Shown here one piece after another: positions 10,321 to 20,239 of a DNA stretch of 64,000 bases. The translations under genes were made by a program, and so were the position numbers. Origin of the DNA: Candidatus Latescibacterota bacterium. GTDB taxonomy: Bacteria > Krumholzibacteriota > Krumholzibacteriia > WVZY01 > JAKEHA01. Every line of letters starts with the position of its first letter. Positions within the stretch are counted from its first letter, which is position 1. The notes below the pieces were generated by a model that was not told where the DNA came from, ran no database searches, and saw nothing but the letters and a program-made list of their open reading frames with translations. The DNA is taken from NCBI GenBank assembly GCA_963707635.1, contig OY970173.1:1824001-1888000 (forward strand), read 5' to 3'.

Positions 10321-11556
10321 ATGAGGCTGCGGGTCGATGTCGCCGAGTCTTTCCAGATCGCCCTGCAGGCGCTGCGCGCCAACAAGGCGCGCGCGACCCT
10401 GACCACCCTGGGCATCATCATCGGCATCGTCGCCGTGATCCTCACCATGACCGCCGCCAACGGGCTCCAGCGGGCGTTCCGTCAGAGCTTCTCGTCGGTG
10501 GGCACCGACGTGATCTACGTGTCGCGGATGCCGTGGATCATCATGAACGACTTCTTTCTCTACCGCAATCGCCCGCGCCTCGAGCTCCGGCAGGCCGAAG
10601 CGCTGGCGCACAAGCTGCAGGGCAAGGCCATCGTCAACCCGACCATCGACAACCGGCTCGACGTGAAATACCGGGCCGAGACGATGGAGGGCGTGACCGT
10701 CATCGGCACCACCGAGAAGCAAACCCTGGTCGCGAGCGCCCAGCCGGAGACCGGCCGGTTTCTGACCGACTTCGACGTCAGTCGCAAGAAGAACGTGTGC
10801 GTGATCGGCACCGACATTCAAAAGGGGCTCTTTGGATCCGCCAGCCCCATCAACCAGGAAATGAAAATCGGCCGCACGACGTTTCGAGTGATCGGCGTCA
10901 TGGAAAAGCAGGGGGGGAGCTTCCTGGGCGGTCCCAACTTCGACCGTCAAATCTTCATTCCGATCAGCTCGTACGTGAAGGCGTTCGGAGGGGATCGGCG
11001 TCAGGACGTGAACGTATCGGTCAAGGCGCCGTCGCAGGAATCGGTTGCGGACCTGGAGTTCGAGGTCATCGGCGAGATGCGCAAGATCCGGCACCTGCGC
11101 CCGTCCGAGCCCGATAATTTCTCGCTCAACAAGCTGGACACGCTGGTCGGCGCGTTCAGCAACGTGATGAGAGTCGTGCTGCTGGTAGGCCTGCTGGTGA
11201 CCAGCATTTCCCTGTTCGTCGGCGGGGTCGGCGTGATGAACATCATGTTCGTCTCCGTCACCGAGCGCACGCGCGAGATCGGCATTCGCAAGGCCATCGG
11301 CGCGAAACCTCACAGCATCCTCTTTCAGTTTCTTTTCGAGTCGGCCGCGATCTGCCTGACCGGCGGGCTCATCGGAATTGCGTTCGCCTCGATCCTGACC
11401 GCAGTGGTCAACGCCGTGCTCATGCCGGCCAGCGTGTCGCTACCGATTCTGGGCACCGCCGTCGTGGTGTCGATCGCGGTCGGAGTGGTGGCAGGGTTCG
11501 TACCCGCCTGGAAGGGCGCGAGGCTCAACCCGATCGAAGCGCTCCGCTACGAGTAG
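10321..11556 (+). CDS. ABC transporter permease (MacB/FtsX family)
   Basis: LTTLGIIIGI, GVMNIMFVSVTERTREIGIRKAIGA, PIEALRYE. Confidence 0.95.
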   Translation: MRLRVDVAESFQIALQALRANKARATLTTLGIIIGIVAVILTMTAANGLQRAFRQSFSSVGTDVIYVSRMPWIIMNDFFLYRNRPRLELRQAEALAHKLQGKAIVNPTIDNRLDVKYRAETMEGVTVIGTTEKQTLVASAQPETGRFLTDFDVSRKKNVCVIGTDIQKGLFGSASPINQEMKIGRTTFRVIGVMEKQGGSFLGGPNFDRQIFIPISSYVKAFGGDRRQDVNVSVKAPSQESVADLEFEVIGEMRKIRHLRPSEPDNFSLNKLDTLVGAFSNVMRVVLLVGLLVTSISLFVGGVGVMNIMFVSVTERTREIGIRKAIGAKPHSILFQFLFESAAICLTGGLIGIAFASILTAVVNAVLMPASVSLPILGTAVVVSIAVGVVAGFVPAWKGARLNPIEALRYE

Positions 11557-11571
11557 CGGCGAGGGATTCTC

Positions 11572-12819
11572 ATGCGGGCTCCGGACATCCTCTTCATGTC
11601 GCTGGGATCGATCGTCAGCAGCAAGCTGCGCTCGGTGCTCACACTCGTGGGCATCGTGGCGGGGGTGGCGTCGATCATCGCCGTCATGACGGCGATCGCC
11701 GTCGTCCAGTCCACCATGGAGAAGGAAATGAGCGTGCTCGGCGCCCAGGTCTTTCAGGCGCAGAAGTGGCCGGCGGGGGGATTCAACTCCGACGAAGAGC
11801 GGCGCAAGGCCATGAAGCGGCCGCCGCTGACGGTGGCCAACGCCAACGCCATCCGCGAGCAGGTGAAGACCGCCGACATCGTCGGGGCCGAGCTGTGGGA
11901 CTTTGGCTACACCGTCGAGTACAAGGGCGAAGCCACCAACGCGAACGTGTCCATATGCGGTGGGACCCCGGAGTATCCGCCGAACAACACGCACTACGTC
12001 GGCCTCGGGCGAAATCTTTCCCAGATGGACATCCGCACCGGTCGCAACGTGGCCGTCATTGGCCACGCGATCGGCAAGAAGCTGTTCCCGTTCGAGGACC
12101 CGATCGGGAAGGAGATCCGCCTCGACGGACGCAAGTACCAGGTGGTGGGAGTCTTCGACGAAAAGAAGTCCGCGTTTGGCTCGGGCTACGACAACTATGT
12201 GCTGATCCCGGTCTCTACCTACCTGGATACTTATGGCATGGTCAACCGGGATGGGTTCTCACGCTCCGTCAACATCACCGTGCGGGCGAAGACGCCGGAA
12301 CTCATGCGCGACGCGATGGAGGAGACACGCCAGGTGTTGCGCCGCGAGCGGGGCGTCAGACCCAACGAAGAGGACAATTTCAGTTTCTTCAACAGCGAGA
12401 GCCTGATCACGCAGTTCAATGAGATGACTTTGAAGATCAAGATCGCTGCCTTCGTGATCGGGATCATCGCGCTGGTCGTGGCGGGCATCGGCATCATGAA
12501 CATCATGCTGGTGTCGGTGACCGAGCGCACCAAGGAGATCGGCATTCGCAAGTCGCTCGGCGCCAACCCGGCCAACATCCTCGCCCAGTTCCTGCTGGAG
12601 GCGGTCATTCTGTGCAACATCGGCGGCGTGATCGGAATCGTGGTCGGTTTCGGGCTCGGGAATCTGGTGACCGCGTTCACGTCGTTCGACGTCAATGTGC
12701 CGCTGGAATGGGCGGTCATCGGGCTCGTGTTCTGCTCCACGGTCGGCATCGCCTTCGGACTGCTGCCTGCCATCCGCGCCTCCCGGCTCCATCCTATCGA
12801 CGCGTTACGCTACGAGTAG
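11572..12819 (+). CDS. ABC transporter permease (MacB/FtsX family), second paralog
   Basis: GIMNIMLVSVTERTKEIGIRKSLGA, PIDALRYE. Confidence 0.95.
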   Translation: MRAPDILFMSLGSIVSSKLRSVLTLVGIVAGVASIIAVMTAIAVVQSTMEKEMSVLGAQVFQAQKWPAGGFNSDEERRKAMKRPPLTVANANAIREQVKTADIVGAELWDFGYTVEYKGEATNANVSICGGTPEYPPNNTHYVGLGRNLSQMDIRTGRNVAVIGHAIGKKLFPFEDPIGKEIRLDGRKYQVVGVFDEKKSAFGSGYDNYVLIPVSTYLDTYGMVNRDGFSRSVNITVRAKTPELMRDAMEETRQVLRRERGVRPNEEDNFSFFNSESLITQFNEMTLKIKIAAFVIGIIALVVAGIGIMNIMLVSVTERTKEIGIRKSLGANPANILAQFLLEAVILCNIGGVIGIVVGFGLGNLVTAFTSFDVNVPLEWAVIGLVFCSTVGIAFGLLPAIRASRLHPIDALRYE

Positions 12820-12824
12820 CGCGG

Positions 12825-12861
12825 CGCGGGTCCTGTCGTCGCCACGCCGCGGGTCCTGTCG
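12825..12861. repeat. 14-bp direct repeat in convergent intergenic region
   Basis: CGCGGGTCCTGTCG at 12825-12838 and 12848-12861. Confidence 0.6.
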
Positions 12862-12977
12862 CCGACAGCCCGGGGCGGCTCGTTTCGTCCGCGCCTGCGC
12901 ACTAGACTCACTCGCCGCCCGGGCGCCCGTCGGCGCCACCCGCGCCGCGCCCGTTGGCCGCCACCCGCTTCGGCGCA

Positions 12978-13499
12978 TCAGCGTTCGGATTCCTGCGTGA
13001 GCCGGGTGACGAGCGCCAGGTGGTGATCGTCGTGCTCGGCGACGAAGAAGCAGAAGTCGATCAACCGCATCGGGCGCTTGAGGCGGGGGTGGAGCGCCGT
13101 GCGGACGACGTCCGCGTCCGTGGCGCCGTCCAGCCGCGCGACCAGTTGGGAACGCGCAACCGAGAATTCGGCGGCGATTGCCGCGACGGCCACCTCGTTG
13201 TGCCTGGCCTCGTAAGTCTTCCGGTTCGACATGTCCGCCGCGGAAAGCTCCTTCGCCCCGGCCATGAACTCCTCCACACGCAGCGACCACAGCGGCTCCA
13301 GGTCCAGCAGGTGACCGATGTGTTCCTGGATGGACCACCCGTCGCCGTCCCGGCGCGCCAGGGGCGTGCGGGTGGTCGACGCGATCCGATCCGACACGCG
13401 CGCCGGGGTGCCGCGCAGCCGCTCCACGATCATCGGGAATTCTCCAGCCGGGGGAACGTAGGCGAATTTTCGCTCCAGCCAGCGCGTCATCTCTTGCAT
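12978..13499 (-). CDS. DinB/YfiT-superfamily protein (putative thiol-dependent enzyme)
   Basis: WSIQEHIGHL and EHDDHHL His motifs; AGGAGG SD before ATG at 13499. Confidence 0.85.
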   Translation of the reverse strand: MQEMTRWLERKFAYVPPAGEFPMIVERLRGTPARVSDRIASTTRTPLARRDGDGWSIQEHIGHLLDLEPLWSLRVEEFMAGAKELSAADMSNRKTYEARHNEVAVAAIAAEFSVARSQLVARLDGATDADVVRTALHPRLKRPMRLIDFCFFVAEHDDHHLALVTRLTQESER

Positions 13500-13651
13500 G
13501 CGGGCCTCCTCGCGAGTTGGAAGCCAATGATATATCGCCGGTCGGCGTTCGCGCATCGGGATTCGATTCCGGCGATCCGGCGGGCGACATCCCTGCTTGC
13601 GCCGTTGCAGCCGAGCAGGTAGTCTCGCAGCGGTCGCCCAAGGAGTGCTAC

Positions 13652-14989
13652 ATGGCAGATGCCCTCGTCTGGCACCGTCTTCAATTCGCGTTCACCGCGG
13701 TTTACCACTACATCTTCCCGCAACTCACGATGGGGCTCACGTTCCTCATCGTGCTCATGAAATGGCGGGCGCTCAAGGGCGGCGGCGAGGCCTGGAACGA
13801 CGCGGCGCGCTTCTGGATCCGCATCCTGGGGTTGAACTTCGCCGTCGGAGTGGTGACGGGGATCCCGATGGAGTTCCAGTTCGGCACCAACTGGGCCGCT
13901 TTCTCGGACTACGCGGGGAAGGTCGTTGGGCACACGCTCGCGATGGAGGGGCTGTTCGCGTTCTTCCTCGAGTCCGGCTTCATCGCGATGCTCATCTGGG
14001 GCGAGAAGAGGCTGGGCGCGCAGCGACATTTTCTCGCCGCCGTTGCGCTCTGGATCGGAAGCTGGCTATCCGGCTATTTCATCGTGGCGACCAACGCGTT
14101 CATGCAGCGTCCGGTCGGCCACACCGTCGGGCCGGACGGCACGCTCTACCTCGTGGATTTCGGCGCGTTCCTGTTGAACCCGTGGGCGTTCGCGCAGTAC
14201 GCGCACACCATTCTCGCGTCGGTGGTGACGGCGTCGTTCGTCGTGGCCGCCGTGGGGGCCTTCTACCGCCTGCAGAATCGCCACGCCGACGCCGCCCACG
14301 CGTTCCTGCGGGTGGGAACGATGGTGGGCCTCGTGGCCAGTGTGCTGGTCGCGTTTCCGACTGGTGACCGCCAGGCCAAGCTGGTAGCGAAGCACCAGCC
14401 GATTTCGCTGGCTGCGATGGAGGGCCGGTTCGAGAGCGGCCCGATGGCCGGCATCACCCTCATCGGCCAGCCGAACATCCGCGCGCGCCGGCTCGACAAC
14501 CCCGTGACCGTGCCCGGGGCGCTGAGTTTCCTCGCGCTGGGCACGTTCCACGGCGACGTGCCAGGTCTCAACGCCTTCCCGGAGACTGACTGGCCGGACA
14601 ACATCGAGCTTCTGTACTACGCGTTTCACATCATGGCGGGTCTCGGCACCCTCATGATCGCGGTCATGCTCGTCGCCAACGCGTTGGCGTGGGCGCGGCG
14701 CCTGGAGGGCTCGCGGCCCATGCTGTGGGCGCTGATGCTGGCGCTCCCGTTCCCTTACATCGCCAACACCGCCGGCTGGCTCACCACCGAACTCGGGCGC
14801 CAGCCGTGGGTGGTGTACGGGCTCCTGCGCACTGCCGAGGCGTCGAGTCCCACGGTGCACTCCGGCACGGCGCTCTTCACTCTGATCGGATTCTGCGGAC
14901 TCTATCTCGTGCTCGGCGTCCTGTTCCTGTTCCTGGTATCGCGCGAGATCGCGCACGGACCCGTGGGGAGGGAGGCCATCCATGGTTGA
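13652..14989 (+). CDS. cydA: Cytochrome bd ubiquinol oxidase subunit I
   Basis: HYIF (His19 equivalent), GVVTGIPMEFQFGTNW, FFLES, HIMAG, ELGRQPW; AAGGAG SD. Confidence 0.95.
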   Translation: MADALVWHRLQFAFTAVYHYIFPQLTMGLTFLIVLMKWRALKGGGEAWNDAARFWIRILGLNFAVGVVTGIPMEFQFGTNWAAFSDYAGKVVGHTLAMEGLFAFFLESGFIAMLIWGEKRLGAQRHFLAAVALWIGSWLSGYFIVATNAFMQRPVGHTVGPDGTLYLVDFGAFLLNPWAFAQYAHTILASVVTASFVVAAVGAFYRLQNRHADAAHAFLRVGTMVGLVASVLVAFPTGDRQAKLVAKHQPISLAAMEGRFESGPMAGITLIGQPNIRARRLDNPVTVPGALSFLALGTFHGDVPGLNAFPETDWPDNIELLYYAFHIMAGLGTLMIAVMLVANALAWARRLEGSRPMLWALMLALPFPYIANTAGWLTTELGRQPWVVYGLLRTAEASSPTVHSGTALFTLIGFCGLYLVLGVLFLFLVSREIAHGPVGREAIHG

Positions 14990-16028
14990 ACTCTGGTTCG
15001 GCATCGTCGCCGTGATGCTCACGATGTACGTGGTGATGGACGGCTTCGACCTCGGCGCGGGCGTGCTCCACCTCCTGGTGGCCCGGACCAACGAGGAGCG
15101 CCGGCAGGTGCTGGCCGCTATCGGCCCGTACTGGGACGCGAACGAGGTATGGCTCCTGGCCACCGGCGGCGCGCTCTTCGTCTCGTTTCCAAAGGTGCTC
15201 GCGTCGGGTTTGTCCGGGTTCTACTTCGCCATCTTCCTGGTGTTGTGGTGTCTGATCCTGCGCGGTGTGTCCGTCGAGTTCCGCAGCCACGTGGTCGCGC
15301 CGATGTGGCGATCGTTCTGGGACGCGACCTTCGCGCTCGGGAGTACGCTCCTGTGCGTCTTTTTCGGTTGCGCGCTCGGCAATCTGCTGCGCGGGCTGCC
15401 GCTGGACGAGAACGGGTGGTTCGGTCTCGCGCTCTTTACCGACTTCTCCGCGCGCATGCCGGTCGGAATCCTCGACTGGTACACGGTGCTGGTCGGTGTC
15501 TACGCGCTGGCGGCGTTGGTGATGCACGGCGGCGCCTATCTGTGCTGGAAGACGGAAGGAACGGTGCTGGACCGAAGCCGCCGCCTGGCGCTGCGCGCGG
15601 CCGTGATCGTGGCGGCGCTGTGGCCTCTAATGACGGTGCTCACCGTGCGCATGAATCCCGCCATGTTCGAACAGTTCGCGCGGCGCCCGCTGGCGTGGGC
15701 GTGCGCGGCGATCGCCCTGGTCGGGTTGGTGGCCGTGCTGACTGGACTTCGACGCGGCGCGTACCGCCGGGCATTCCTGGGTTCGTCGGCGTTCCTGCTG
15801 GGGCTGATGGCGGCGACGGCGGCATCGATCTTCCCGGTCATGCTGCGCGGTCTGGCCGACGGGGGGCCGTCGATCACTGCGTTCGACGCGGCCAACGACG
15901 CGCACGGGTTGGGCGTGGCAATCCGCTGGTGGCTGGTTGGGATTCCGCTGGTGGTGGCGTACTTCGCGATCCAGTTCCGCGTGCACGGCGGCAAGGCGGC
16001 GGTGTCTCCCGAGGGAGAAGGGTACTGA
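14982..16028 (+). CDS. cydB: Cytochrome bd ubiquinol oxidase subunit II
   Basis: YVVMDGFDLGAG, IGPYWDANEVWL, LILRGVSVEFR; overlaps end of cydA. Confidence 0.95.
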   Translation: MVELWFGIVAVMLTMYVVMDGFDLGAGVLHLLVARTNEERRQVLAAIGPYWDANEVWLLATGGALFVSFPKVLASGLSGFYFAIFLVLWCLILRGVSVEFRSHVVAPMWRSFWDATFALGSTLLCVFFGCALGNLLRGLPLDENGWFGLALFTDFSARMPVGILDWYTVLVGVYALAALVMHGGAYLCWKTEGTVLDRSRRLALRAAVIVAALWPLMTVLTVRMNPAMFEQFARRPLAWACAAIALVGLVAVLTGLRRGAYRRAFLGSSAFLLGLMAATAASIFPVMLRGLADGGPSITAFDAANDAHGLGVAIRWWLVGIPLVVAYFAIQFRVHGGKAAVSPEGEGY

Positions 16029-16157
16029 CGGTTGCGTACCCGCGATGCTTGACGCAGCGTGTCCGATTTGCTTAGTCTCGCACCCAGTCCGGCGCAATCG
16101 AACACCCGAGACGCCGACTCTGGCCGCTATCCGCTGGGAACCGTGGAGGCCCCATCC

Positions 16158-16997
16158 ATGCTGACCACCCGCGTTACGGTTGCGTTGCCCGCCCTGATGT
16201 TCTCAGTCATGCTCGCCTGCTCGTCCTCGCCGCCGCCGCACGAGGGCTCGTCGTTGAGTCAAGCCGCGGATGAGGCGAAAAAGTCCGACGAAGAAAAGAA
16301 AAAAGCGCTCACGGCCACTCCGAAGGAAGAGCAGGAACACGCTCCCGCAGTGGTCGCGGCCACCACGACAGCCGCGGTGGTAGATGCAACGTCACCCGCG
16401 GACTCGTCGGCGCCGGCCCCGATCCCGTCGGACTCCGGCGAAGATATCCGCGCGATGGTGAGCCTTTTCGCCGGGGGCGGTGGGCTCGGGAGCGAGGACT
16501 TCGACGGGTTCGGAGTGTTCGGGGTCGGATTGGGGTTTCGTGTGGAGGAGCGAGTGCGCGTGGGGCTTTCGTTTCTCTACATACCGACCCAGCTCACGGA
16601 GAACAGCGGCGTGGTCGACGCTCTGACGGACGAAAAGGAAGTGGCGCTCGACGTGTTCCTCCGGTACTACTTCACCCCCGCTCACACCTTCGCTGGATTG
16701 TACGGAGTGATCGGTGGGCGCGCGGGGTGGTTGATGTGGAACTACGCGAACGACATCACGGTCGTGGACGAAAACGGCAATCCACGCACGCTCGAAGACG
16801 ACCGGCTCACGTACTACGCCGGTTATCTGGGGGTGGGAGTGGCGCCGGTGCAAACCGAGCACATCACGCTCGGCGTCGATCTCGACGTGGGGCTCAAGAC
16901 CTTCGAGAGCTACACCAGCGAAGGCTTCAACCAGGACCTCTTCGATGATTTCATCGAGTTCACGCAACTCCAGGTCAGCGTCGACTATCGATTCTGA
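16158..16997 (+). CDS. Hypothetical lipoprotein with C-terminal outer-membrane beta-barrel-like domain
   Basis: Lipobox VMLA-C, low-complexity linker, alternating hydrophobic strands, terminal VDYRF; GGAGG SD. Confidence 0.6.
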   Translation: MLTTRVTVALPALMFSVMLACSSSPPPHEGSSLSQAADEAKKSDEEKKKALTATPKEEQEHAPAVVAATTTAAVVDATSPADSSAPAPIPSDSGEDIRAMVSLFAGGGGLGSEDFDGFGVFGVGLGFRVEERVRVGLSFLYIPTQLTENSGVVDALTDEKEVALDVFLRYYFTPAHTFAGLYGVIGGRAGWLMWNYANDITVVDENGNPRTLEDDRLTYYAGYLGVGVAPVQTEHITLGVDLDVGLKTFESYTSEGFNQDLFDDFIEFTQLQVSVDYRF

Positions 16998-17000
16998 TCG

Positions 17001-20000
17001 CTAGTGAAAATCCCGGCCGCGCACGGGCGCGGGCGAACGCAGCGTCTCCGGCTCCCAGAGCGACTCCGCCACCACGTGCACGACGTTCGACTCGCGCTGG
17101 ATTTTTCCGGTCACGCCGAGGAACGACGACGTTTTTGCGAGCAGTGCATACCGGTCAAACACATCCTGCCATAGCACCACGTTCACGAATCCGGTCTCGT
17201 CTTCCATGGTCATGAAGACCACGCCCTTCGCGGTCGATGGCCGCTGGCGCACGATCACGAGCCCGGCGTAGCGCACGCGCCGGCCGTTGGGCAGCGCGGC
17301 GACCGCGCGCGCGTCGGGGAGTCCGATCGCGGTGAGGGTCGCGCGCAGGGGTCCCAACGGGTGCCCGCGCGGGCTGTGCCCGGTGGTCTCGTAATCCCAC
17401 GCGACCGTCTCCAGTTCCGTGAGCTCGCGAAACTCGACCGGCGCCTCGCCGCCGTCGAGCGGTAACGGCGGCGGCGCGAGCGACCCCGTCGCTGCCCACA
17501 GCGCGTCACGGCGTCCGGGCTCCAGCGCCTCGAACGCCCCCGCTTCCGCCAGCCGCGCGCGCATGCGCTCGTCGAGGTCCGATCGCTGGACGGCGTCCTC
17601 GACGGATACGAACGCGCGCTCGCGCCGGGCCGCGAGAATGCGCGCGGCCTGCGACTCCGCGAGCCCCTTCACGTAACGAAGCCCCATGCGCAGCGCGTAG
17701 GAGCGAACGCCCGTGTCGCCGGGGTGGCGCCGGCCCAGCGTGCGCAACGACTCCGGCGCGCTTACCAGCGTGCAATCCCACTCGCTCGCCTGCACGCACA
17801 CCGGCAGCACCCAGAGGCCGTGCCGCTTGGCGTCGTCGACGATGGTCGCGGGGGAATAGAAGCCCATCGGTTGCGCGTTCAGGAGCGCGCACGTGAACGA
17901 ATCCAGATAGTGACGCTTGAGCCACGCGGACACGTAGGCGATGAGTGCGAAGCTCGCCGCGTGACTCTCGGGGAAGCCGTAGTCGCCGAAGCCGCGAATC
18001 TGCTCGAACACCCGCTCGGCGAATTCCGCCTCGATGCCTTTCGCGCGCATGCGCGAGACGAGCTTCTCTTTGTGACGCTCGAGCCGGCCGCTTCGCCGCC
18101 ACGCCGCCATGTCGCGGCGCAGCTGGTCCGCCTCGCCGGGGGTGTAGTCGGCCGCCACGACGGCGAGCTTCATCACCTGCTCCTGAAACAGGGGGACGCC
18201 GAGGGTCTTTTTGAGCACAGGTTCCAGGCACTCATGCGGATAGACGACCGCCTCTTCGCCGTTTCGCCGGCGCAGGTACGGGTGCACCATGCCGCCCGTG
18301 ATGGGTCCGGGCCTCACGATGCTAACTTCAATAACCAGATCGTAATAGTTGCGCGGCTTCAAGCGGGGCAACATGGCCATCTGGGCCCGGCTTTCGATCT
18401 GGAACACCCCTACCGTATCGGCGCGGCGGATCATCTCGTAGGTGGGTTCGTCGCCGTGGGGGACGTTCGCCATCGTGAGCCGCTGGCGGTGGTGGTTTTC
18501 GATCAGGTCGAAGGCGCGGTTGACCACCGTGAGCATTCCCAGCCCCAGCAGGTCCACCTTGAAGAGGCCAATCGCCTCGAGGTCGTCCTTGTCCCACTGG
18601 ATCACGGTGCGGTTCTCCATGGTCGCATTCTCGATGGGCACCAGGTCGCGCACGGGCTCGTGCCCGAGCAGAAACCCGCCCGGGTGGATCGAGAGGTGGC
18701 GCGGGAAATCCTGGATCTCCGCGGCGAGTCGCACCAGGTGCAGGTGTGCCGGGGACTCCACGTCGAAGCCGGCGCGCGCGAGCGCGGCGGGCGAGAGGTC
18801 GTCGTAGTACGAGAGCAACCGCGCCACGCGGTCCAGGGTGGTGTCGGGAACGTCGAGCACTTTGCCCACGTCACGCACGGCCGAGCGCGCGCGGTAGCGC
18901 ACCACGTTGGCCGCCATGGCGGCGTGCGTGCGTCCGTACTTCTGGTAGACCCACTGGATCACTTCCTCGCGGCGGGCGTGCTCGATGTCCAGGTCGATGT
19001 CGGGCGGCTCCGCGCGTTCTCTCGAAATGAAGCGCTCGAACAGGAGATCCATCTGCACCGGGTCGACGGCGGTGATCCCGAGGCAGTAGCACACCGCGGA
19101 ATTCGCCGCCGACCCGCGGCCCTGGCAGAGAATGCGGTGCTGGCGGCAGAACTGCACGATCTCGTACATGGTGAGGAAGTAGCCTTCGTACTCGAGGTCG
19201 TGGATGACCTCGAGCTCCCGCTCCAGCTGTGCGGTGGTCTCGCGGGGAATCCCGGCCGGAAAGCGCTCGCGCGGGTAGCGCGCCGCGGCGCCCTCGAAGG
19301 TGAGCCGGCGCAGGTGCTCGCGCGACGTGGTTCCGTCGGGGAGCGCTTCGAGGGGGTAGCGGTAGCGAATGTCGCCCAGCGAGAACGTGCAGCGCGCGGC
19401 GACTTCCTCGGTGCGCGCAATGGAGGCCGGGTCGTCTTCGAAGAGCAGGCTGAACGCGTACGGCGAACGAAGCGCGTGCTCGGCGTTGGGGCGCGTGAGG
19501 CGGCCCGCGGTGGAGAGGGTGACGCCGTGGCGGATGCAGGTGAGCACGTCCTGAAGATCCCGCCGGGCAATGCTGTGGTAAAGCACCTCGCCGGCGGCGA
19601 CGGTGGGGACGCGAAAGCGCGCGGCGCGTTCGCGCACGCGTTTCTCGGTGGCGACGTCCTCCGCGCGGCGGTGACGGGTGATCATCGTGTAGAGCCGGTC
19701 CCCGAAGGCATCCTTGAGGTCGCGCGCCACGAAGACGGGGTCGGTGACGCCCGCGACGAGGCTCCCGTCGCCGCCCCAGAGCGCGATCACCCCGTCCGCG
19801 CGCTCGCACACCTCGCGCCAGCGCACCACGCACTCGCCCTTGGGGGACCGAAGCCGCCCGTCGGAGATCAGATTGCACAGGTTCGCGTAGCCGCGCCGGT
19901 CGAGCGCCAATAGCGTGACGTGCGACCCGTCCTCCATGGTGACTTGTGCTCCCGTGACGAGATGAATCCCGAGTTCGCGCGCCTTGACGAACGCGCGCAC

Positions 20001-20162
20001 GAGGCCGTAGACGCCGTCGCGGTCGGTGAGGGCGAGTGAGTGGATGCCGAGGCGCGCGGCTTCTTCCACCAGTTCGTCCGGGTGGCTCGCGCCTTCGAGG
20101 AAGGAGAAGTTGGACTTACACCAGAGGGGAGCGTAGGATGCGAGAGAAGAGAGGCGATTCAC
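17001..20162 (-). CDS. dnaE2: Error-prone DNA polymerase III alpha subunit DnaE2 (ImuC)
   Basis: [15 protein letters not shown] start, [35 protein letters not shown]-terminal GRDFH motif; start GTG 20162 (ATG 20171/20174 coincide with the -10 box). Confidence 0.95.
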   Translation of the reverse strand: MNRLSSLASYAPLWCKSNFSFLEGASHPDELVEEAARLGIHSLALTDRDGVYGLVRAFVKARELGIHLVTGAQVTMEDGSHVTLLALDRRGYANLCNLISDGRLRSPKGECVVRWREVCERADGVIALWGGDGSLVAGVTDPVFVARDLKDAFGDRLYTMITRHRRAEDVATEKRVRERAARFRVPTVAAGEVLYHSIARRDLQDVLTCIRHGVTLSTAGRLTRPNAEHALRSPYAFSLLFEDDPASIARTEEVAARCTFSLGDIRYRYPLEALPDGTTSREHLRRLTFEGAAARYPRERFPAGIPRETTAQLERELEVIHDLEYEGYFLTMYEIVQFCRQHRILCQGRGSAANSAVCYCLGITAVDPVQMDLLFERFISRERAEPPDIDLDIEHARREEVIQWVYQKYGRTHAAMAANVVRYRARSAVRDVGKVLDVPDTTLDRVARLLSYYDDLSPAALARAGFDVESPAHLHLVRLAAEIQDFPRHLSIHPGGFLLGHEPVRDLVPIENATMENRTVIQWDKDDLEAIGLFKVDLLGLGMLTVVNRAFDLIENHHRQRLTMANVPHGDEPTYEMIRRADTVGVFQIESRAQMAMLPRLKPRNYYDLVIEVSIVRPGPITGGMVHPYLRRRNGEEAVVYPHECLEPVLKKTLGVPLFQEQVMKLAVVAADYTPGEADQLRRDMAAWRRSGRLERHKEKLVSRMRAKGIEAEFAERVFEQIRGFGDYGFPESHAASFALIAYVSAWLKRHYLDSFTCALLNAQPMGFYSPATIVDDAKRHGLWVLPVCVQASEWDCTLVSAPESLRTLGRRHPGDTGVRSYALRMGLRYVKGLAESQAARILAARRERAFVSVEDAVQRSDLDERMRARLAEAGAFEALEPGRRDALWAATGSLAPPPLPLDGGEAPVEFRELTELETVAWDYETTGHSPRGHPLGPLRATLTAIGLPDARAVAALPNGRRVRYAGLVIVRQRPSTAKGVVFMTMEDETGFVNVVLWQDVFDRYALLAKTSSFLGVTGKIQRESNVVHVVAESLWEPETLRSPAPVRGRDFH

Positions 20163-20169
20163 ACTCCGC

Positions 20170-20198
20170 ATCATAGCAGACAAATGTCTTGTCTGCAA
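20170..20198 (-). promoter_or_regulatory. Sigma70-type promoter of dnaE2 containing a candidate LexA box
   Basis: Minus strand TTGCAG-N17-TATGAT with TG extension; near-palindrome AGACAAATGTCT (20178-20189) in the spacer. Confidence 0.7.
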
Positions 20199-20239
20199 GC
20201 GGGTCGACGACGCCGACTCCATTCGAAAGGACGGGCCCG

